From: Selaginella moellendorffii
Taxonomy: Eukaryota; Plantae; Lycopodiophyta
Length of the DNA: 11,684 nucleotides
Direction: 5' to 3'
Assembly: GCF_000143415.4 (NCBI RefSeq)
Contig: NW_003314571.1
Span: 1-11,684 of the forward strand
Shown: positions 1 to 7,705 of the stretch, in pieces
How positions within the stretch are numbered: position 1 is the first letter of the stretch
Layout of the letters: every line of letters starts with the position of its first letter
The notes under the pieces: generated by a model
What the model saw: only the letters and a program-made list of their open reading frames with translations
Told to the model about the DNA's origin: nothing
Databases searched by the model: none
Program-made: the position numbers and the translations under genes

Positions 1-1098
1 GGTCGGTCTATCGTAGGACGTTCCTAGATGGTACTTGACATCACCACTTCCACTGTAGCCACTCTCGGCAGGCTTGGTCCCCCCAGCAAACTCGCTAAAG
101 ATTTGCCGCAGAGGCTTCCTCACAACGTTTCCCAGTACGTTGAGCCTGCCACGGTGAGGCATACCGATGACAACGCTCTCGACTCCCAGGTCCGCTGCTC
201 GATCGATTTGCTCCTTCATACCAGGGATAAGTGTCTCGCAACCTTCCAGTCCAAACCTCTTGGCCGTCCACTTCTGTGCCAGGAAGTTCTCAAACTTTGT
301 CCCCCAGATGAGACGATCGAGGATGGTGATCTGCCTTTCCTTAGAATACTTGCTAGGAACGTGCTGCTCGATCTTCTCCCGCAACCAGTTACACTTCTCT
401 CGATCCGAGATGTGCATATACTCATACCCAATCGTCCCACAGTAGGCTTGCTCGAGTCGCTTTAAGATCGCGCGGAGAGTCTGGACTGGGCGATTCTCCG
501 ACAGAAACCCGGACATCCTCCACACCCCGATGAAAAACTCCCGATCCAGATCGGCCTCTGTGAATCCATAGAGCGCAGGGTTGAGATCTTCAGGAGGAAC
601 CCGCTCGTCCAGTCCCAGTGGATCGAGCTTGGCTTTCATGTGACCATTGACCTGGTACGCTCTCACCAGCAGCAGCAAGCGCATACTCTCCTGGATCGTC
701 TGGCCGGACACCCCCGGGCTGGAGGCCGCTTTCCCTGTGAAGTTCTGAAAGAAGTTGTCCCACGATTCATCCACGCTCTTGGGATCTGCCTCCCACGCCC
801 TCTGGAGCTCTTCGAGGTAGACGCTGCTTGTGCCATCGAGGAAATTATCCGTGAGGCGCGAGAGGGGCACGGACCGGGGCGCCGACGCCGCGGCCGTCTG
901 CATCCACCGCGGGCTGCCATGGAATGGCAGCGATCGGACCCCAAAAGGCTGCCGCCGTTGCGATTCCTCGAGATATTTCAGTACCTGGCGCGGCGCCGAT
1001 CGATCGCCGCTGCTTGTGGTGCTGGAGTGGAAGAATCGCACGCACAGCCGCCGAATCGCGGCTCTGGAGGAAGATCGCGCTGCTAGACGATGCGCCAT
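1..1098 (-). CDS. OGDH: 2-oxoglutarate dehydrogenase E1 component, mitochondrial (5' part; continues beyond the left edge)
   Basis: Minus-strand frame from ATG at 1098 stays in phase to base 1; it is absent from the ORF track because there is no stop in the window. It reads MAHRLAARSSSRAAIRRLCVRFFHSS (Arg/Ser/Ala-rich presequence-like)...VPLSRLTDNFLDGTSSVYLEELQRAWEADPKSVDESWDNFF...SGQTIQESMRLLLLVRAYQVNGHMKAKLDPLGL...GYSGSGDVKYHLGTSYDRPT. These are hallmark plant OGDH E1/SucA motifs. Confidence 0.96.
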   Translation of the reverse strand, partial: MAHRLAARSSSRAAIRRLCVRFFHSSTTSSGDRSAPRQVLKYLEESQRRQPFGVRSLPFHGSPRWMQTAAASAPRSVPLSRLTDNFLDGTSSVYLEELQRAWEADPKSVDESWDNFFQNFTGKAASSPGVSGQTIQESMRLLLLVRAYQVNGHMKAKLDPLGLDERVPPEDLNPALYGFTEADLDREFFIGVWRMSGFLSENRPVQTLRAILKRLEQAYCGTIGYEYMHISDREKCNWLREKIEQHVPSKYSKERQITILDRLIWGTKFENFLAQKWTAKRFGLEGCETLIPGMKEQIDRAADLGVESVVIGMPHRGRLNVLGNVVRKPLRQIFSEFAGGTKPAESGYSGSGDVKYHLGTSYDRPT

Positions 1099-1202
1099 TG
1101 CGCCACAAAGGAGAGGAGCCCTAAAATATCTATCTGGAGGCTACATTAAGTCACGTCAACGTTGGCGACACTCAAAGGAAGGAGCCTTTTTTCCTTCCGC
1201 TA

Positions 1203-1211
1203 AAACCCTAA
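1203..1211 (+). promoter_or_regulatory. telo-box (AAACCCTAA) in the OGDH/metacaspase divergent intergenic region
   Basis: Exact AAACCCTAA about 105 nt upstream of the OGDH ATG; a known plant promoter/5'UTR motif. Function not demonstrated. Confidence 0.45.
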
Positions 1212-1490
1212 CTAGAAAAAGGGGGAGCTTCCATTAGAGAAATTTTTTTCTTCACTCCAGGTAGAAGAAGCACGAATATTCCCCCAAAATGCTCTCGTAC
1301 GGAGAAAAGATTCTCTCTACGGAACTGTCACCGACAACACGCTCTTCCGGATTTTAGCTAGAAAAGAAAGTAGCGAGACTCGGATTTAGTTAATCCATAG
1401 CCCATAGCCACTATGTGAGAGTATTTATCTTCTTTCTCAGTCCTGGAAAGAAAAGGAGTGGCCTTCTTCGATCGATTGATCCCATCGCTG

Positions 1491-1611
1491 GTAAGTGCTA
1501 TCTCGATCTCCCCACACAATCGATACTGCATTCTTAGATCTCAGCGAAAAAATCCTCTTTTTCCTAAGACAAAAATCCTCTTTTGCGCATCTGGGTTCCT
1601 CCTCTTTGCAG
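1491..1611 (+). other. putative 5'UTR intron of the metacaspase gene
   Basis: Consensus donor G|GTAAGT at 1491 and pyrimidine-rich acceptor TTCCTCCTCTTTGCAG ending at 1611, 24 nt before the ATG at 1636. Confidence 0.55.
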
Positions 1612-1635
1612 TGATCTTCGCGGATCGATCGATCC

Positions 1636-2986
1636 ATGGGCAAGAGGGCGCTACTGGTGGGTTGCAATTACCCCGGTACCAAGGCCGAGCTCCACGGCTG
1701 TGTCAACGATGTGAAGCGGATGTATCGCAGCCTGGTGGAGAAGTTTGGCTTCGCCGAGGATGAAATCGTGGTGCTCATCGACACCGATTCCGAGGGCACT
1801 CAGCCCACCGGCGCCAACATCCGGAAAGCTCTTGCCAATCTCATCGAGGGGACCGAGGATGGCGGTATCCTCTTTTTCCACTACAGTGGCCATGGTGTCC
1901 GAGTTCCTGCCGAGTCGGGCGAGCCGGATGATACGGGCTACGACGAATGCATTGTTCCTTGCGACATGAACTTGATCACTGGTAAGATCGATCGATCGTT
2001 ATCATCTTGATAAAAACTTGATTTTTCTTGTTCTAGATGATGATTTCCGCGACTTGGTTGACAAGCTCCCGGAGGGATGCCGGATCACGCTCGTCTCGGA
2101 TTCGTGCCACAGCGGTGGATTGATCGAGAATGCCAAGGAGCAAGTCGGCGATAGCTCCACGGGATCGCGATCATACTCCGGAGAAGAGGAAGAACAAGGT
2201 GGCCGTGGTGGTGGATTCCGAGATCTCGTTTTCCAGGGCGTCCAGAGCGCGTTTGAGAGCCGATCCGGCATCAAGCTCCCATTCAAGCTGGGCAGCCGCC
2301 ACCGTCGCCAAGAGGACCAAGAAGAAGAGCAAGTTCTCGAGGAAGAAACTGAGAATGGTGACGTCGTCAAGAACAAGTCACTGCCGCTGTCGGTGTTCAT
2401 CGATCTCCTCAAGGAGAAGACCGGCAGGCAAGACGTGAGCGTGGGCAACATCCGACCCACGCTCTTCGACGTTTTCGGCGAGGACGCCAGCCCCAAGGTG
2501 AAGAAGTTCGTCAATCTCCTCTTCCAGAGGCTCCAGAGCAGCGGCGGGAACGATGGAGGCCAGGGGGGGATCTGGGGAGCAATCGGTGGTCTCGCGCAGG
2601 ATTTCCTCAAGACAAAGCTCGAGGAATCGGGGGAGGAGTACGCATCGCCGGCGGTGAAAACGCACGCGAATCCACACGATGCCTACGCTGGAAGTGGGAA
2701 CCAGGGTCGCAGATCGGACATGGCGGTGCTTGTGAGCGGCTGTCAATCGGATGAGACCTCAGCGGATGCGAAGCCCGGGGGGAACAAGGAGGGTGCTTAC
2801 GGTGCTCTCAGCAATGCCGTCCAGAGCGTGCTGCGCGAGAGCGATGGACGAGGCATTGGGAACAAGGATCTGGTGCTCGCGGTGCGCGAATTGCTGGCCA
2901 AGCAGGGATTCAAGCAGCATCCAGGGCTGTATTGCAACGACGAGCACGCGGATCAGCCCTTCATCTGCGAGTTCTTGGCGTACTAG
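1636..2986 (+). CDS. type II metacaspase (AtMC4-like), 431 aa; exons 1636-1981 and 2037-2986
   Basis: Starts [26 protein letters not shown] with no prodomain. Catalytic His in HYSGHG and catalytic Cys in DSCHSGG. A 55-nt GT-AG intron (1982-2036) joins CDMNLIT|[10 protein letters not shown]. The long linker contains KSLPL; the p10 domain has [18 protein letters not shown] and QHPGLYC. The spliced length of 1296 nt is in frame. Confidence 0.97.
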
Positions 2987-3126
2987 ATGAATCGATCGCG
3001 AGAGAGAGGAGAGAGACCGTTTGGAGATTGTGTCTATTATAAATAAAGTATGAAGAACTCTAATAATTATAAAGCGGGAAAAATTAAATTTAACAGCTAA
3101 ATCTATTTGGGATTTTAGGGTTCATC

Positions 3127-3906
3127 GTGTAAGGCAGATTGACAAGGCGGCAGTTCTCAATCGTCAGAGGAATGCATGAAGAGGATCTCGATGGTTGTCA
3201 TCACCAACGTCGCTTCGGCTTTGGAGGATAAGAGGTAGAATTTCTCCCCGTTTCTTCACAAATGTTTAAGCTTGTGAGCGCTATTCACTGGAAATCCAGC
3301 GTATGGGTGGCACAATGAGATCCAAATCATGATGGTTAGTGCGTCGGTCAAGTTTTCTTTTGTGTTCATGTCTGTCCGTCCAACTTTCTTGTCTGCTTGA
3401 CCAACATTCACGATTTCTTGCCACCACAGTGTCATCCCTAACTGAAGCATCGTCCTTGTAGAAAATGTCTGTGTAGTCTGTCACCCATTGCTTCAATGCA
3501 CTCCAGAACTGCGTAAGGATAGCCTTCAATGAGGAGGTCTAGGCCGTGTCTGGGTTTCGGATTTGGCTGGGAAAAATCATTGTTTGCTTTTTGTTTGGAT
3601 AGCTTCAAGCTAGAAATCCCCTTACCTGGCGATCAAGTCAGCTGGAAGTCCCTGCTGGTCGAATCTCCACAGCGATCCATAGACGACAACAGTTAGTTCT
3701 ATGGAGTAATTTCCCGCCGTGAAGTTGTCTTCGATGATTGATGCATGCTGTCATGGAACCATGTATAATTGCTAGCTGAGTATTCTTCATCCAATCTACC
3801 TCCTGCTGATTCCGCACTTCAAAAGACACAATGACAATCAATTTCAAAGCTCACCACCAATGCCGATCAGGTACGCATTGCTATATATTTTTTTATCATT
3901 CTTTAC
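3127..3906 (-). pseudogene. LOX: degraded duplicate of the 3' part (intron 6 to last exon) of the neighbouring lipoxygenase gene
   Basis: Direct high-identity alignment by eye to ~7773-8831, including both intron sequences; [26 protein letters not shown] is identical. It carries many small deletions, has lost the HAAVNFGQY iron-ligand motif, has an internal inversion, and has no 5' exons. Confidence 0.93.
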
Positions 3907-4509
3907 GCATCGTCTTGGATTCCTCGGTTTTTTTTTACTAAACACTCTTGATTTAGTGGCAGCACGTGAAGAACAAACACTTTGCGAAGAGCTTGCAATG
4001 CCAGACGCATGCTATTTCGGTACGAGCTTTGTCTTTCTTTCCTTTTTATTTCTTTCGTTTCGGTTTTCTTTCATCTACAGGAGTGGCTCCAACCTGGTGA
4101 CGAAGTTCGAGCTTTATGCTCGGTCACCTTGCACTACAGGCTTCCAGTTTCAGAAAGAGTCTGCTAAACGACACCCGAACACTGTTTTGTCTGGACAATC
4201 TGCGATATGTACAATATGAAAAATCCGAATCATGAACGGTGTTGTAGTTCTTCAGTAAACTATATGGGTCGGAGGTATATCATCAACAAATCTGAATTCG
4301 GCCAGTCGATACAAAACATTCCACTTAGCCATTGTTCTTGACCCAGCCATTCTTTCTTGGTTTCTAAAGTGTTCTTCGTTCTCTCCAGATGGTGTGTTGT
4401 GAGACAATCCAAATTGGATCCACGAGATTGCCACAAAGAACGCTGGACTAGTTTATCAATGGACAGCCACACTTAAGCATAGGCAGCCATAGTTCTTAGA
4501 GAGCTTTGC

Positions 4510-5809
4510 CTAAGCAGTTTTTCTACATTTACTTCGGAGATCAGCCAGATCAAACAGCATCTCGTCGTTGGTGGTATTAGCTCTGATCTTGTACATCTTG
4601 CACAATGATTCAAGACGTTTGCGCTTCAGCCTACCATCTGCAATGTCACGTATCTTTTCCAAGTCGTCCAGCTCGTCTCTATCACACGCCAACTTCCGCT
4701 TCAAATATTGGACAAGTGACTTGGACAAGTGACTTCTCCAGTGGATCTTCAAAAGTTTCCTCGGACTCTTTGCAGCCGAGAGCCTCCTCCCAAGTCCCCA
4801 GCAAGTCCGCATCTATAGAAACCACATCCATCCCGTCGCTCATCTCTTCTACATAAGGACTCCCAGATACCGGCACGTCCGCACAATCCCTGGTAAAGAA
4901 AGAAACTGTAACTTCACATACTTCTTGTTCATATGAAAGCACTCACCTCTGACAGCTTTCTGAGAAACCTTTCGAGATGATCGGTACTTCTGGAACTTGA
5001 AGCCGCAATATGAATCCAGAAGTAAAAAAGAAAACCAGTAGAGTTTCATCGTTGTCGACATCCACGCCCCGATCCTTGGTTTGGGAACAACGCTGGCAGT
5101 AAGCAGTGTCAACCTATAACATGCAGATAAAGCATTCAAATGGTGAAAAAGCGCGGGCATCTTACCATCGGCATCACCTGATGACATATTGCTCGAAAAC
5201 GAAGCCTCTCAGCACTGAGTACTCCCTGAACGGCTGAAATGCCTCGAGAAAGCTGCGGATCTCGTTCACGTTGGCTCTACACAGGTACTCAGTATAGAGA
5301 TTGGCGACCTTCTCCGAGCAAAACGTGTACTGAAACTCTTTGAAACGGGCGCCAGGCTTGAGATTGAAGTGAAACAAGTGACTGTCAGCGCTCTGTAGCA
5401 TGAACGATATGTTCTGAAGTTTAATATTTGCCAGGTACTCCGAATGTAAGCATGCTTCTTTCAGATTTTGCCACTCTCCATCCCAAACAACCCGTGGGAT
5501 GCCACTGTACCAGGTGAACACTAAATCGGCAGTCTTAACCTTCAACCTTAAATCCTTCTGGTCATTATCCATCATCTCGTTCGCCGCCAAGTCCCACGCA
5601 GCGAGGAGCAAACCAAACTCTCGCCTGTCCCAAGGTGGCAGATAGAACATATAGGTCAGGCGAACTTTCCTGATAGCCTTCATATTCACAAGAGCTTGGT
5701 TGCTGATGGGTCGGTCTGGATAAACCCTTTGGTCGATCAGATGGAAGGCAACTGCCGGCAATTCGATATCGGCAAATGGATACATAACCAAAGGAAAGGT
5801 ATGAGGCAA
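4510..5809 (-). pseudogene. disrupted Crinkler/RHS (CR)-like NTPase + REase-fold gene with a C-terminal SAP/HeH-like motif
   Basis: The 211-aa ORF has the motif order FHLIDQ (Walker-B-like), FYLPPWDRREF, WYSGIPRVV, SHLFH, FCSEKVA, LRGFVFEQYV. This matches the CRN/RHS pattern MPxWxxxEL / GGxPR / SHxLxH / FAS / GxxFExxxH recalled from the family. Downstream remnants include DSYCGFKFQKY. There are two canonical small introns (5165-5114 and 4946-4890), a premature TGA at 5176-5174, and a frameshifting 13-bp duplication. Family assignment is by motif recognition, not by a search. Confidence 0.62.
4708..4735. repeat. 13-bp tandem duplication TTGGACAAGTGAC x2
   Basis: Exact copies at 4708-4720 and 4721-4733, followed by TT. 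Confidence 0.95.
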
Positions 5810-5854
5810 AAAATAAGTAATAAGAGGATAGAACTAAACCATAGGAATCAAATT

Positions 5855-6081
5855 GCATAACCAAAAGTGATTATGCCAGTTAAGAGTGGAGAATCAAATA
5901 GGTGCTCAAACATATTGTTATTAGCAATTGTGATGCCATAGAGAGTCTAAAACATGGAATTGTCCATGTTAGACCATATAACAATTTAAAAATTTGCGAA
6001 AGAAAAAGCCTTAGCAAGCTAAGGGATAAGGAGTTCCTTTAAAGGTTCCCAAAGACACCTCTAGGTAGCTTAGTACCTAGA
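5855..6081. repeat. cluster of six short inverted repeats/palindromes
   Basis: Stems at 5855-5876, 5914-5928, 5951-5970, 6009-6024, 6036-6045 and 6060-6081, read directly from the sequence. Confidence 0.7.
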
Positions 6082-7608
6082 AAGCCAAGTGTAAATGTTT
6101 CATAAAATGCGCGAAATTAGAATGGCACAGCAGAAGCGTCTAGCTATCCTCCTAAGAACTGACCACTAGAACCTCCATTCATCCAGGTGCCGCAGCGATC
6201 CACAAACCCCCGATCTGCCCCGCGTCGTCGCGTGTCCCGGCTTTGGCACCACCCAAAGAGCCCCGCTGCCACGAAACTCCCACACGGATTCACGGCATTC
6301 TCATCTCACGGCCTTGCCACTGCTCCGCCAGTTTAGCTGTTGCAATCTCATTCATCTGCGCAAGATTTCGCCTATGGAACCAGATTAGAAATCCTGCTGG
6401 TTGGAACAAAAAAGAAAAGTCGCGTGTGGAAGTCGTGCCTGCTTATACTGTTTAAGTAGATGAGAACAATGAGGTAGCATAACATTTTCCAGCTCCGGGA
6501 GAACGCTCGGCTTATTGGAAACTTGCGGCGGCATATCAACTTCCATCCTCCTCCTGCAGCAAGAGAATTCTTGGAGCTAGAAGAAGAAACGAACGCCAGA
6601 AGAGAGAAACAAATGCCAGTTCACAACTGAGTCCACATCGGTGACATGACATAGTTGACAAACGCAGCAAGAGACCCATCACATTCCACATCAATGCTCT
6701 TCAGATCTACACAAGAGCTCGGTCTCTGGGGCAGGGAGAAAAGCACGAAGCTTACGCGATCGGAGAAGCAGCAGCGCAAGCTGGATCTAAGCTACACAGA
6801 AAGTTTTGGATCGTCGGTGAAAGACATTGAGATGATCTGTGCAGTTTTTTTCTCGATCTCACTCCTCTTCACCTGAAGCGTCGGCAGCGGGATTTTCTCT
6901 CAAATTGAAGAAGCGGAGGAAGCTAAAAACAAGCCTGGTCTCGATTTCTCGTGTTCTCCATCCTCTACTTTCATCCCTGTTGCAGCAAAAGCGAGCACAA
7001 GCGATGATCCAGTAGATCCCTTGTAGCGATGTGTGGTCGTGATGACTAGAGAAGGAAAACTTTAATATTTTCCTTACACTGCTGTGGTGGATCATCCCCG
7101 TGCTGGATTCCTCGTCACTTGCGCATTTCGTAAGTGATTGATCGATTCGATATGATTGATGCTTGTAGTGATTTTTTTCAGGACGTGAGAAGAGTTAGAG
7201 ATAATGGACATTTTCTTATCGTAGAAGATAAGTCGAGGAAAGTTTTGCTTCTTTTCATTCTCTTGATCTGGAGTTTTTACATGAATTTTAAGTGTAGAAG
7301 GATACGAGGACAAGCTCGTGCCACAGCGGTGAGCAAATCAGACGGGATCAAGATCATACTACGGAGAAGAGGAAGATCAGGAATTCAAGGCTGTATTGCA
7401 GCGGATCAGCTGAGTTCTTGGCGCAAGAATGAATCGTGTGTCCATTACAAAATAAATTGTAATGCTTGATTTGTTTAAAAGTAATGTTATATTTACTTAT
7501 GAATCCAATTGATCAAATAAAGTTTATAATTAAAAGCATGTTTGTAATTTATAAAGACAAGATTAATCTTAGAATAAAAAAGAATACACTAGAAAGGGTT
7601 TAAGAAAG

Positions 7609-7644
7609 TTTATAAATTATAAACATCTTTATAAATTATAAACA
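7609..7644. repeat. AT-rich direct repeat TTTATAAATTATAAACA x2 (19-bp period) in the LOX 3' flank
   Basis: Exact 17-mer at 7609-7625 and 7628-7644. Confidence 0.85.
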
Positions 7645-7705
7645 CAAAATTAATCTAAATGAATAATAATCATTAAATAATAAAATATCTAAGTACGAGA
7701 GTGTT

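Noticed and set aside
1203-1211. Telomere-like AAACCCTAA motifs (also 11201-11209, and TTAGGGTT near 3115) as an interstitial telomere
   Set aside because: They are single isolated units, consistent with telo-box promoter motifs or chance rather than telomeric arrays.
28-1237. Plus-strand ORFs 28-465, 167-445, 640-1086, 830-1237 and 924-1124
   Set aside because: They are antisense shadows of the OGDH E1 coding sequence on the minus strand and show no recognisable protein features.
1458-1763. 101-aa ORF upstream of and overlapping the metacaspase start
   Set aside because: It has a GTG start, runs through the probable 5'UTR intron and has no homology cues.
1651-2990. Overlapping alternative-frame and antisense ORFs (e.g. 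2002-2610 minus, 202 aa)
   Set aside because: They are explained by the GC-rich codon usage of the metacaspase CDS.
3000-3016. Short GA-rich run after the metacaspase stop
   Set aside because: It is an ordinary imperfect microsatellite in a 3'UTR.
4252-4472. Two short minus-strand ORFs downstream of the CR-like gene
   Set aside because: They have non-ATG starts, are 70 aa or shorter, and show no recognisable motif; they cannot be supported as genes.
5855-6081. Possible CRISPR-like array or tRNA in the hairpin cluster
   Set aside because: The stems differ in sequence, there is no constant repeat-spacer period or cloverleaf/T-loop consensus, and the context is eukaryotic.
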